From: a virus
Reading direction: 5' to 3' (one strand)
DNA length: 64,000 nt
Virus record (IMG/VR): IMGVR_UViG_3300027708_000022
Location: 64,001-128,000 of that record
The position numbers were made by a program, and so were the translations under genes. This document shows positions 24,886 to 37,722 of the stretch, piece after piece. Under the pieces are notes generated by a model. It saw only the letters and a program-made list of their open reading frames with translations. It was not told where the DNA came from and did no database searches. Each line of letters starts with the position of its first letter. Position 1 is the stretch's first letter.

Positions 24886-27800
24886 AAAATTCTTTTCTCA
24901 TTCAACAGGTACCATTATACACTAATCACGGTATAAGTCAAGGACTGTGCTAAAATACAACACTTTAATGTTGCATAAAAACAACACTATTCCCTCTCAC
25001 TCAACAGGTACCATTATACACGAACCGTGACCAAAGTCAAGGTCATTGTTGTATAGGGACAACACTATCAGACCATCTGATCCTAAAGAGGGTCATCATA
25101 AAAGAGTCCTCAAAATCCATCCATGGGTAATAGGCATCACGGTCTTTGATTATTGTGCCTTGTTCTTTCATCCATGCATTGAATTCTTCAATATCATGGT
25201 TTTTGTTTTCCAGCCACCAAATGGCTGCATTAAAATAATAAGGGTCAACAGGAAGTTTGTACATATATCACCATGAGGAACTGTAGTAGAAATTGATATT
25301 GTGTTCCTTGACCTGAGTTAAATCAAGGAGAACATCCAGACGTTCCACAGTATACTTTAATTGCTCTAAGTACCATTCATCAACCTCTGTAGAACCAAAA
25401 AAGAATCCAGATTGTGGAGGAAGCAGCTCATCTGCTCTGGATGGATCAGCTAAAACCTTATTGCAGATATCTCGCAATTCCACCAAATCTTCGGTACTAA
25501 CATGATACTCAGCACAGTTATCCACACCATCTTGGATTTTACTTACGAACCAACGGTGGATAGCATTCGCCTTGCGCCAATACATAGCTTCAAAGCTAAT
25601 CTGTTCAACTTCACCAGAGAAACCAAAATCAATGGCTGAAACTAATTCACGCAGCTTAGCATCCTCAGGATTATACTTTGAGAGGTACCGCTTGGCTGTC
25701 AAATACATATCTAAACCCATCACTTACTCCTAATATCAATAACTTCAATAGTTGCAACTCCTTCAAGGTCTTTCTTAAAGGACTCAAGAACACCACTTGC
25801 ATAACCACTTAGACCAAACGAATTCTTACCACACTTGTAGACACTACCAGAATGGTTAATAAAGTCATAATGATCCTCATGCTCAATCGTTTCAGTAATC
25901 CCGGAACTTAACTTCCAAGAATCACTTCCAAGATAACCACCGTACCATGAAGCCATCACCTTGCGGTTAACTTCTCCATCATTAGTTCTAAACTCCACAA
26001 CAATCCATCCATCTGGAGTATATGTTCTTTCACCCATCATTTCACCTATCTAATTGACTCAACGCTTCACAGATACAAGAATCTGCACAGGACATTTGAT
26101 CCTCAATCTCCGTCAGACCAGCTTCACAGGCCTCATGGTATACATCAGAAAGTAAACCCTGAGCATGGTTAAGTTTTGTAATCATACCGTCACGGTCGTA
26201 GGAGGATTCCAAAGGTTTCCCCAAGCACAACTCAAGCATACGAGCTCTCAAATCTAGAATCGTTTTCTCTTGTTCCTCCATAACCATACCATACCGTTTA
26301 ACGATATTTTTAAGGGACTCATTTTCTTTCAATAATTGTTTTTCACTCACTTTAAATCCCATAATCACGTTTAATCAAGTAGCGTATATAATCAATGTCA
26401 CCAGAACCATCATTAATGGTTTGCAGGATATCTTGGACAACCAGCTCACCGAATAACGCAAGGTCACCATCAGTACCTGGTTCTTTTGTATGAACCAAAG
26501 TAACATTATCTCCAGTTCTCTCAAACTTAATAAAGTAACCAGCTTGTTCCGCAAGTACTGCTAATCTACCGTTCATTCGTGTCCCTCTTTAATCAAACCG
26601 TTTACAAGGTTAAGGTCAAACTGTAAATTACCAATAATGTCTTTGAGTACCTGATACTCATGGCTATGCACATCACGGTCATTGATAACAATATCAAGGT
26701 ACATTTTGGCAGCCTTAGATTGTGCTTTCGCCAATTCAGCCTCTAACAAAACTCGTCTATCTTTTAACATTCTTCATCCTCATAATGTTCATCTTCAGGG
26801 TGACCCTGATCCGGGCCAGTATAATGAGGGTTGCGTTCCCATGTATCATAATCGGAAAGAACCCATTGCTGGTCTGCTCTATCTTGACCAACATTCCACA
26901 CCCACTCACGAACGGCTTCTCGCATAAAACTCATTTTAACATCCTTTTAAACACGGGAACCAAACGGCGCCGTAGACGCTCTTGACGAGCTTCCGAATCA
27001 TTACGCCAATCTAAAGTATTGCGCCAACTATAACAATCGTAGTATTCATTATTAGAATGCTCTGCATAAAACTTAGCAGCCTGGTGTGCTGATTTAAATC
27101 GTTTGGTATACAGATATTCTTTGTTGAGGTAATAATCTTTCAATTGCCAATTAATTACAATTTGTTTAACACTCTCAACTTTAACAGGAAGTCTTTCACT
27201 CATTTCTGTTCCTCCATAGACCTAACGAATGCTGCGAATTGCTCAAGGTTCAGATTATCCTTCAACTCTCTGGCAGCTGCTAATGCCTTCACAGCAATAC
27301 AATCATCCAAATGGTCAAACTCAATATCAGCACCACAGCAGGCCATATAGTCAACACCATACTGGTCAGTATCTCTGCATTCCGTATACTCTTTAAGAGC
27401 TGCTACGATTAGATCCAATTGCTTCATAATTCAATCCTTGCTGATGGTTTATATACTTCAAAATCTGCTGAAAATTCTTCATTGTATTTCTTGATACTTG
27501 TCCAGTACCCATTATCCCAATCGGAACTGTTTATGTAAAATATCACAGAAAAATTATCCGTTAGCTTTAATACTACTTGATTATCTTCTAATGTAAACCC
27601 TTGCTCAATCCTATCACCAAGATAGAACACATGATAACCTTTCTTGAGGTACCGATTAATCTTAGCAGCCTTCTTTAAGGCATTCAAGTAGCGGCGCTTG
27701 TGAATGGTTAAAATCATTCCGTCACCTCCATATTTTTGCCAATCTCTGCCGCTGCTCGCACGATCGCTCGTCTTGTGGCTGCGTAGGGATCATCGTTAGT

Positions 27801-30800
27801 TACTGGCTCAATTGATTCAATATCAAAAAGCCACACACAAGCTTCTTCTCCGTTAAACACAACTCCAAGAGTCAATTTCACCGCCAGTCGCAGAGCATCA
27901 CCATCATCGGTTAATGGATTCCAAAACTTCTTTTCTTTTGTGTGTTTTTCTCCAATGATTAGGCCAATCCAAAGGTCGTCTGCGTTTACTGATTGCGCCT
28001 TTACGTTTAAGCCAGCAGACTTAGCTGCAAGTTCTAGCAGTTCTTGGTCTGTCATTTCGTCACCTCGTCTAGTGCGTAGAGTGGTCGGTATCTTAAATAA
28101 CTAGGCAAATCATTTGGTTCTAAGTATGAAAGCGCTTGTCCACTTGCAAACTTCAAAGCAAATGTTTCCCACGCCACAGGCTTCAACTCCCGCAACTCAC
28201 GGGCTGCGGCAAGGGCTTTTTCTACAATGTGATACTGAAAGTTTGCTTTATCAGAATTGTCTGACGCAAACTCTAAAGCTGCGATAATTGTTTCAATCTT
28301 GTTCATGTGTTTTTTCCCATCAATCCTTTGCCAAGTCGGGCTTTTTCCATTCCACGCCTGTCCTGTTTGATGCGCCGTTCGGTAGCCCAATGTTCTTTCA
28401 TTGTGATACCACTGCGATACATTTCCCCGTAACCATTCAAGGTGTCTTTACGTTTGTTCACTTCGCCACCTTTGTTAATGACTCTAGCAGTACCAACGTG
28501 CCTGTCATCACCTCGTAAATATTTTCCAACATTCATTTAGAACCTCTTGCTCTGATTAAATCAGCCAGTCTATAGCATTGTTTATGTAAAATTTCGTTTT
28601 CAGTAACTGGCGCTACCCGGCCTGCATCATCGCATAATTGAGCACAGGCCTCCCGTTCTCTTGCCACAGCCTCAGCTGTTACTAGTTCGGCAAAGCGATC
28701 CAGTTGATCCAGAAGCATTGCATTTTCATGTGCATAGTCCCGTTCATTGTGAAATACAAACCATGCTTTTTCAGCCATACGTTTCAATTGCTCGTATCGT
28801 TCGTTCATTTTAATCCTTTGAGATTAGTGAAGCTAACCAATAGATAATTAAAGTTGTACCAGTACCGGTAACCGTACCGATACAGAGACCAAGAAAAACA
28901 GCTGTTGAAATTTCAGACACATCCATCTCATTTACCTCTAATAGTTTTAATTTTTTCCATGCGCTCATATTCATCACGACAGTCCGCGGAACAGAATGCA
29001 CCTTGCGTAGGTTCTTCACACTCTAAGCACTTACCAGTCTTTTCTGGTACAGCTAAGCGATTCTGCCTAAGCTCATTAATATAAGCCTCGACCTCAACGC
29101 TACTATCTCTAAAGGTTGACATATCTTAACCCTCAAAGTAATCAGAATAGAGTTCCACCAAGCGCTCGCTAGGGAGACCAGAGAGCATATCGGTAGTGAA
29201 ACCGGGAACAAAGCTAAGAACCTCAATCAATTCAGGGCGAGTCATATTTAATCTCCAGAATAACCGTAATCTTCATCGGTACCATAACCGGCAGAAGCCA
29301 TACCAGAATCAAAGTCACCATCCATCGAATCATCAAAGTCCGATTCATCTTCTAAGAGCTCATCGGTATCAATATCACAGGAATCCATGTAATCACTAAA
29401 ATTAACATCATAAGCAATTGGATCCATCTCTTTCAGAATAGCAGAGGGAGAGAATTCAATACCTGCAATAATGACAGGGCCAGATTCATCTAGCATATCA
29501 TCGAAGCTCTCATAGGCTTCTTCCATAGTCTTAATCATACAATGCTCGCTAAAAAGAGGTAAGAGACAAAAAAGGCCACAGTACAGAGTACCAGGCAAAT
29601 AACATCTTCCACAAAACTGTATTTCATAATCTTTCCTTTAGTGATTCAACAGGATCCATTATACACGAACCAAGGCAGGTGTCAAGCTAGACTGTTGTTT
29701 TTAGGCAACACAGATAACTCACGATTATCGGACACATAATCCACATAATGGTTTTCAAGACTAACCCGCTCACGAACTGCACCGTAAACCACGATTGGGT
29801 GATCTAGAACCACACCGTGTTCGACTTCTCCACCGTATTTGACACGGCTGTATTCTACACGACCGGTAATGGGAAACTCTCCCATGTAATGACCTGAAAC
29901 GAACATACCTTCAAGATTCCAATTCATAATCTTTCCTTTAGTTACTGCACAAGTAGCAATCACCGTTTTCGGCATCAACATCAACGACCTGGTACCAGAC
30001 ATATTTAAAACCATAGTGTGATGCCTTGATGAAGTCACAACGATCCTCTGCCTGTGCTTCGGTTGGGTACACACCCAAGATGACACCATCTCCGTTCTCA
30101 AATTCACCACGGACAATGTGTATTAAATTCATTTAACTTCCTTTCTTAACTCAACAGGATCCATTATACACGAACCAGTGGTGGTGTCAAGGACTATCTT
30201 AGCACTAATGTTGTATTTAAGCAACAATGTAATAATCTCAAAGGAACGACACCGTCCATTATACAGTACCCTTTAAAGGTGTCAAGCCCTATATTAGGTA
30301 ATCTTTGTTGTATTTAAGCAACAGTCTACCGCCAGTCAAAGGCATATTCATGCCCCACCAAAGATACATCGACCTTGCCATTGTAGTCCTTAAACAACTT
30401 GGAGAACACCTGGCGAGCTTGAGGTTCACTTGCAAGGACAAACAGAGTACCATTCACAAAGTAAGCCTGACGTTCCTGTTTAAGAACCTTTGCTACTTTG
30501 TCCAAAACGATTTTCTCGAAACCCATTTTTATTCCTTATTCTGACATACTAAAGTAAGCCTGTGCCACCGACTGAAGCATACTGTCAGAGAGACCCAGCT
30601 TATGCTTGATGACTTCAGGTGGTAAACGGAGGTGTAGCAGATTAGCAAACTGCCAAACCAAGTCCTCTGAAACGGTATTGCCTAGTTCTGTATAAGTTTT
30701 CATTCTGTAATTCCTTATTAACTTTATCAACTCAACAGGATCCATTATACACTAACCGAGGCAGGAGTCAAGGACTTTCGGCAAAGCGCTAGCGCCTTGT

Positions 30801-31257
30801 TGTATTTTTGCAACATAAAAGAGGTTGAGTATCCGCCACGTCCATCCCCTTTCGTTCGACAGGTACCATTATACTCGGTACCTGTCTGGTGTCAAGGGTT
30901 ATGTGGAGACTTGTTGCTTGGAAACAACAGGCATAACAGGGTGAGACCGAACAAAGTACAGAGTACAGTCCTCAGAGTTATCCTGTTCCATCTGCTTAGC
31001 GACCAACTCAGCATTACCAAGGTCTGCAAAGGCAAATCGAACCTGCTCTGCATACTCGCCCCCATCATCTAGAGGTGAATTGTCCATGGTATAACGCAGC
31101 ATCACAAGGTGGACTTCATTCATCTTTATTCCTTATTCATACGCATAAGTTTAGCCATGAGCATGGCTGTTTCCAGTTTAGCTTTCAACTCAGCACGAAC
31201 CCTTGCCAGGTCAGCACTCATTTTCTCGGTTTCTTTCATAACAACTCCTTTGTTTAC

Positions 31258-31371
31258 CATATTGAAGTACACTACAACTCTGGCAAGGATGATTTACGCC
31301 TCTAAATTTGGCAACATCATCGGGCTTTCCTAGGAACCCTTTCCAGTCATAAGGTAGTGTACTTCAATATG
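31258..31371. repeat. CATATTGAAGTACACTAC inverted-repeat element, copy 3
   Basis: 18-bp perfect terminal inverted repeat around a structured ~80-nt interior, intergenic. Confidence 0.75.
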
Positions 31372-31406
31372 AGGTCTGGTATCCGCCAGACCTTGCGGTC
31401 AACAAC

Positions 31407-31727
31407 TTATGCTGCGAGCAAGTCAGGCATAACCATCTTAGTCACAACGACCTTAGAAGGCTTCTTAACTGCTTTGCGAACAGCTTTGAGCCCGACAGGT
31501 TTTGCCATCAGCGCATCGAGGCGTGCCTGTGCCTTAGCGATAGCGTTAGCACGTTTCACTTGCACGAGGTCAGCCTTGACCTGTTTAGTGAGTGACTTCT
31601 CAGCACGAGCCTGTTTAACTAAAGCGCTGACAATCAGTTTAGCTTCAGCGGTTTTCTGACGAGCTGCAACAAGAGCGGCACGAGCGGCGACCAATTCGGT
31701 CTGCGAGGGGGTGAGAACTTTTGACAT
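31407..31727 (-). CDS. Ala/Lys-rich basic protein
   Basis: Start MSKVLTP at 31727 after an AAGGAAG RBS; ends ...PDLLAA. Confidence 0.65.
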   Translation of the reverse strand: MSKVLTPSQTELVAARAALVAARQKTAEAKLIVSALVKQARAEKSLTKQVKADLVQVKRANAIAKAQARLDALMAKPVGLKAVRKAVKKPSKVVVTKMVMPDLLAA

Positions 31728-31774
31728 TTTTACTTCCTTAAAAAAGAGAATCAATTAACAGCGTTAGCACTACT

Positions 31775-32121
31775 ACAGGAACCATTATACACGAACCACT
31801 ACCAAAATCAAGCATTATCTGGTATTGTTGTTTTTTAGCAACAGCAGATATGTTGTATTTAAGCAACACTAAACAGGACTCATTTCCGTTAACATTTCGG
31901 AAATATTCATCAAGAGGTCAGCATAGGCGTCCTCATCCAACGCAAGAGCATCAGCATAGGACTCGATCAATTCAGTAATGAGGGACTTCAATTTCGATTC
32001 AGACATTTTTACTTCCTTATCAACTCAACAGGAACCATTATACACGAACCACTACCAAAATCAAGCATTATCTGGTATTGTTGTTTTTTAGCAACAGCAG
32101 ATATGTTGTATTTAAGCAACA
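31775..32121. repeat. 94-nt perfect direct repeat (31775-31868 and 32028-32121) of the promoter cassette
   Basis: acaggaaccattatacacgaaccactaccaaaatcaagc...tgttgtatttaagcaaca occurs twice, flanking a short acidic ORF. Confidence 0.9.
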
Positions 32122-33130
32122 TCAAAAGGTACTGGAAACTTCTTTGCATGGAACTCGATCAAGTCAGCATCGGTCATGCAAGCAACCACAATTGAGTGCA
32201 ACCCAACCGAGGTATCAATTAAATCAAACGCCAGCTTACGGCGCATTTCAGCACTCAGAGGAGCTGTCCTCTGGGTCACCAAGAAATCATCTAAATTCAT
32301 TTTTACTTCCTTTCTTATTCAACAGGATCCATTATACACGAACCATTGCCGGTGTCAAGGACTTTCGAGCATTTGGCTGTTGTATTAAAGCAACATATTG
32401 GCACGGATGGTATCACGAGCCATCCGCATGGTTTTGGCATGAATTGCCTGTACCCTTTGGGTGCATATACCATGCTCTTTTGCCAACTCAGCAAAGGTCA
32501 TGCCGTGAACCTCATGGCCAACTATGATATCAAGCGCACGAGCAGCGAGCTCTTTAGTGAATTGGTGGTCATGCGGGCCACGATGGTAGACTATACGTTG
32601 ATATACCAATCCAAGAGCTTTCTTTTGGTCTATGATATCGTCAAGCATATTACACACCAACCCAGCGGACAGTCTTGAAATTAAACTTAGGGTCAAGGAT
32701 GTTACCACGAGCGAAGTTGGTGGCAGGTGCCTTGTAGGACTTGGCCATCAAGATATCACCGACCTTAAACTTAGGTGTCTCCCGAGCAACGATAAACGAG
32801 TGGACAGAACCTTTGATAACCACTTTGAGGTACTTACTGCCAGCCATCACGACCACACCCTCATTGAACCGCTTCACCATCTCTTGGTGTGCTGATAGAG
32901 GTGCGCTAATGTCAGCATAACTTGCCTTGATGGCCTCTAGGTACTTCTGAATCTGTTCTTTCATCTTTATATCCTTAATCATTCAACAGGTACCATTATA
33001 CACGAACCCTGGTAGGTGTCAAGGTGGTAAAGATGGATGTGCTTAAATACAACAGTTTTTATGTTGTATTTAAGCGACAGATACAGTGTTGTATTTAAGC
33101 AACAAACAGCAGCTTTTTTGGATTTATCGC

Positions 33131-33158
33131 TTGACTTTGGGGCTGGTTAGCGTATAAT
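33131..33158 (+). promoter_or_regulatory. divergent plus-strand promoter of the same class, with no ORF downstream
   Basis: TTGACT-16-TATAAT; palindromes at 33038-33104. Confidence 0.7.
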
Positions 33159-33206
33159 GGTAGGTGTCGAAGGAAACGGGGTGGACACGGAGAGTGGGCG
33201 ATAGTT

Positions 33207-35683
33207 TTATAATCTATAACCATCGTCATCATCGTCCAAATTCGGTATATCCACCCAATAATCGTCAGCCAATAATGTCCGAAGTGGAGTATTAATTACC
33301 GATTGTCTCGCAATAGCCTCAGGTGTCTGATTATATTCGGTGGCAACTTCACGCATGGCCTCCCGCATTCTCTCTGTGGGTTCTCGGTCGGTACTCGCAC
33401 AGGATTGTGAGCAATATGGCCCACGTTTCCTGTGTTTTTTCTCGCAAAATTTACAGTTCTTTTCTTTGTATATTCCGGGCATTTTACTACAGGCTGGTTG
33501 TTACCTGTTTCCGCAGTATATTATTCTGTTTATTATATATATTGCAGCATATTATTCTGTGTTGAAAATGATATAGCATCTTGCTCACTAGCAAATGAGA
33601 ATGTAAATGTAGTCCACATATGGTGCCCATCCTCAAAGAAACAATGCCAAACTTTATTAGTATCAAGCCCTTGCCGCATCTCACCATGTTGTTCTCGGCA
33701 CCAATCCACCATTCGTTCGATATCATTCAGGGATCTATTATGATCCAATACTATGATAACTTTATGCATTAGTTCTATCATTCTGTTACCATCATATTAT
33801 ACAATACAACATAAACTGGTTTCATTCTGATTTAATCTTTATAGAATTTTTTTAAATCGCTTATCTTCTTATCCATCATCTCTGGAGTGACAGGAATAGT
33901 ACATTCTCGTTCCTTTCTTTTCTTGATGATATATGAATTGTATGGTGAGGTAATAGCCGCCCATAAAACGAATAATATCCATTGAGTGTAGCCAATAATA
34001 TAATCAAGGTACTCTTTAATTGTTTTCATTCTTTATCCTCTATGCACGGAAGAAATAGGCTAACACTAGCATACCAACAATGACTAGCACAACCTTACCA
34101 ATAACTAACCATTTCTCAATTGGATCAGGAGTATGGTGACTTTCTATAACTTTATATTCATCTGACATATTACTTCCCTTTAATTGTTTTAATACCTGAT
34201 GGTCAATATACTTGGCTATCTCTTTTGATTTCTCAGTTAATACTCTCTCCGGTCTCATAGGCGGACAGGTATGTACTTTATTACACCGTGGGCATATCAT
34301 TTATTCCCTCTATCCATGCTCGGATAATCTTACCATCATGTCTAATTACTCTATTCTCTACCCACTCCATATACCCAACTTTAGGGTCATTTGAATTGCT
34401 AGGACGATATTCATGGCATTCTTTACGCTCAACTTTCAATAACTTAGGTCGGCGTAGGGTTTTCTTAATTACTCTGATTGGTCTCATCATTTATATTCCT
34501 AATCATTTCTGCATATTCTTTTTTAAGTATACTGGCATAGGCATTGTCTAGCTCATACTTACCATACTTTTGTTCTGATAATACTCTAATAAGTAAATCT
34601 TGCTCTCTTACTCTGGATTCCAATTCTTTCAGTCGGTTCTGAGCGGCCTCAGCCTTTTTGTGTGATTCATAATCTCTTTTAATATATGGGTGTAGTGATA
34701 GCATACTATTGCACAAGGTATTCTGTTCTTTGAAATGGTCACGCTGCTTCTGTAGCTTTAATATCTTTTTCTTCAGTCGGCCTATGGTTACAGATTCTTC
34801 AGTCATTTCGTCACCTAATCAAGAATGTAAACAGGTATTGCGCCATACTCATCGGAGTCGCACGTTAAAAATCCGTCTAGCACATCACCCTCGCTAGTTG
34901 TGCGCCGACCAATCCACGCAACAGGATTCAACTCTTTCAACTCACGGGCTGCGTCGAGTGCTACAGTGTGGCGTAATTTTGTTAAACCCATAATGCTTGT
35001 GTCGTTTGTATGATGAGCAGACTCAAGAGCATCAATAATCAGATCAAGTTTGTTCATTTACTATCTCCACCGGTGGTAATTGTTCTCTCTGACTCTTGAT
35101 ATTGTCCATTATACCTTTCACCTCACCTCTGATTGGGTTATCATGTGGCATATAGCAATATATTCTATTCAATAGTCTTAATAGGTTGTTCGGATCCATC
35201 AGTCATTGTCACATATATCTTTTGAATTTTTTGTTCTATTAGCGGCTCTTGCTCTGATTGCATTTGCACAATACCAAGCACCATCTGCGCCGCTAACATC
35301 ATCACCCACAAGCCCTTCTGCCTCGTCCTCGCAAACTCTAGCACAAGCCTCACGCTCATCCTGTCTGATTAACTCAGTAAATCGTGTTAGGTTTAATGTC
35401 CCCGACATGAAACACCCCCAGTCTTCCGACCAAACGCCACCCGCTTGCACCGCTAACTCTTTTAATCGTTCGTTCATTTTTTATCTCTCAATTTACCAAT
35501 AAACCCTAGATTCTTACCGCATTGACGGCATATCGCATCACAGGCCTGTGTCTCATTATACCCACCGTCATGCTTACACCTTGATTCTTTGTACCATTGT
35601 ATAACACTAATGATTGTAATTGTGGCAATAGCTAATACTATTGCCAACACAGTCAATATATCACCAATTGTATAGATAAACAT
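33207..35683 (-). other. run of small hypothetical genes
   Basis: Packed ORFs ending at 33207, 33533, 33832, 34040, 34281, 34465, 34815, 35199, 35474. Confidence 0.6.
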
Positions 35684-35855
35684 TAGTATATACTCCCCTC
35701 TTGATTAGGTTCATTACTATTGGTACACTCAAGCTTATGGTCGGTGGCCTTTGGGCATCGTTTGTTCCCGCAGGTCGGACAGAGGCGCATACGCATAGTG
35801 AATGGTTTAAATGCAGTTAATGGTGTGCAAGTATGGCACCAACATTCAAGTTGTT

Positions 35856-36119
35856 TCATAATAAATCTCCAACGATGTTACTATATTTTTTAAGTTTCTC
35901 TAGTTTACGGGACATGGCCAGTTCTATGCCTGTCTCAGATATAAACCCTTGTTGCTCCAATAATACCACAATGCATAGCATATCACCAATCTCCTGTTCA
36001 AGGTCTAATCGGTTATTACCATTATCACCAAACCTACGGTATTTGGATACTGCCTGAATTACCTCGGCACATTCTTCCTGCAATATACCGAGGGTCTCCA
36101 TTAATTTGTTATCACTCAT
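35856..36119 (-). CDS. MazG-like nucleotide pyrophosphohydrolase
   Basis: LQEECAEVIQAVSK...LEQEIGDML. Confidence 0.75.
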   Translation of the reverse strand: MSDNKLMETLGILQEECAEVIQAVSKYRRFGDNGNNRLDLEQEIGDMLCIVVLLEQQGFISETGIELAMSRKLEKLKKYSNIVGDLL

Positions 36120-36273
36120 TTAATATTACACACAGCCCGAATCTCTGATGCATCAAAACCTGCCATCATACCGGCAACGGTGCATTTATATTGAGTTTGA
36201 GTATGATACGCCGCAACACCAATCATCATAGCAATAAATAATAGGCCTGTGATACAGGCTAAAATTCCTTCTT

Positions 36274-37108
36274 TCATTTTACTTCTCCATTGTTAATATC
36301 ATTTTTTAAATCGTAAATCTGCCATGCACCAGCATTTTTAAGCATTATACTAGTTGGTGCAACACCCATGCCGGCATTTGGATCCATGCCATTACTATTA
36401 AAGGGTGTGGTCGGCATATGAGGCGGTAATGTCTGTGAAGCTGACGCTTTGTGTACCTTACTTTTGTGTTTGATTATCTGTATCAATTCATTGATTTGGT
36501 TGAGGTCAGGTCTATCTTTATATGACCCGAGATAGAACCCTTCAATATTTTCCACCCCACGCAATTGTATGGGATCACTCACATAAACATATTCATTCGG
36601 GTTGTATCCCATCTTATCAATATGGTGGTTATATTCATGCCGATTACCAGCAACAACGAATTTCATTCTTTATCCTCTATGCATTTCATATATTCCCGCT
36701 GCTCAAATTTCTGCTCTTGCATGGTCTTTTCACCCCAAGCCTTGCGAGGGTTCATGCAAGCAATACAATTTTTATTACCACAACCAAACATAGAACGCTT
36801 TGCATACTTGTGTGGATTGTCTACCACATTATCATAACCATAGGCCTTGGCTATCTTTACCTTTCTTACCACTTTCTTGGACTTTTGCTGTAAACGCTCT
36901 GAATGCTTGAGTTTATCATCTGTACTCATTTCTTAATCAATCTCTCTATCATTCTTTGTGTTTTACTAACCAATTGGCCACCATGTAATTGGTAGGCTAA
37001 TATTTCAATTAAATCAACTGAATTAATTTCACCATCATAATCATCATCAAACCATTTTTGAATCTTGTATAAACCATTTTCTTGTGTAATTTTGTATCTA
37101 ACATTCAT
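36274..37108 (-). other. three small hypothetical genes (36274-36666, 36663-36929, 36926-37108)
   Basis: Coupled ORFs; CGNKNCIACMNPRK in the second. Confidence 0.6.
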
Positions 37109-37722
37109 GATTTTAGCTCCGTAAGTTCACCTGTGTTACCAATATCACCACGAATAAAGGTATTGAAGGCAAGGCTAGTTCTAAGGTTTTTGCCTTCTTT
37201 TTGTTCAACCATATGCTGCAGCTCAGATGGAAACATAACAAGGGCACCTGTACCGACAGGGAACCACCATGATTCTGAATTGTATAGATTCCATGTGGCT
37301 ATATCAGGTTTGATTCTTTTGTATGCATCGGAACTATAGAACATGATCTTGTCTTTGTCCTTATTAGAATCAAGGTACAATACACCTGAGACCAGACTAT
37401 TTGGGTGTGCATGGCGATGGTGGTATTCACCAGGTTTTGTGTAATTGATCCATGATTGTGTGATATATGGTTTAACCTTATCTTTCACACACATAATATT
37501 GGTATAATATTCGGTAACATATTCATCCAATACCTTTTTGATATTAGCCATCACAGGTTGATTCAAAATGTAAGTATCAACTGTGTTAACATTACCATTA
37601 TTCTTTACAGTCTTGGATTGTTGTTGTTTAAAGAACGCCAGTTCTTCTTTAGTGTATGCTCGACCCATTTCACCAAACATAACAGGTGTCGGGAATAGGC
37701 CATGTACGATTGGTGTAATCAT
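37105..37722 (-). CDS. 2OG-Fe(II) oxygenase
   Basis: HHRHAHPNSLVSGVLY, LVMFPSELQHMV, RTSLAFN. Confidence 0.85.
   Translation of the reverse strand: MITPIVHGLFPTPVMFGEMGRAYTKEELAFFKQQQSKTVKNNGNVNTVDTYILNQPVMANIKKVLDEYVTEYYTNIMCVKDKVKPYITQSWINYTKPGEYHHRHAHPNSLVSGVLYLDSNKDKDKIMFYSSDAYKRIKPDIATWNLYNSESWWFPVGTGALVMFPSELQHMVEQKEGKNLRTSLAFNTFIRGDIGNTGELTELKS

Larger units (their letters stand above)
25043..32982 (-). other. early region of ~30 small hypothetical genes (60-150 aa)
   Basis: Consecutive short minus-strand ORFs with ATGA-type coupling; the 28928-29122 ORF has CxxC...CxxxC; no function recognisable. Confidence 0.7.
24914..33022 (-). promoter_or_regulatory. array of repeated early promoter cassettes
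   Basis: TTGA(C/T)N-16-TATAATGG(T/A)(A/T)CCTGTTG-like units near 24914, 25013, 29658, 30163, 30258, 30744, 30867, 31784, 32037, 32330 and 32995, most with an upstream TGTTG-N8-CAACA. Confidence 0.8.

Noticed and set aside
23390-33110. Repeated ~45-nt units as a CRISPR array
   Set aside because: Spacing is irregular (about 0.1-4.6 kb), the intervals contain genes, the repeats are -35/-10 promoters and no cas genes are visible.
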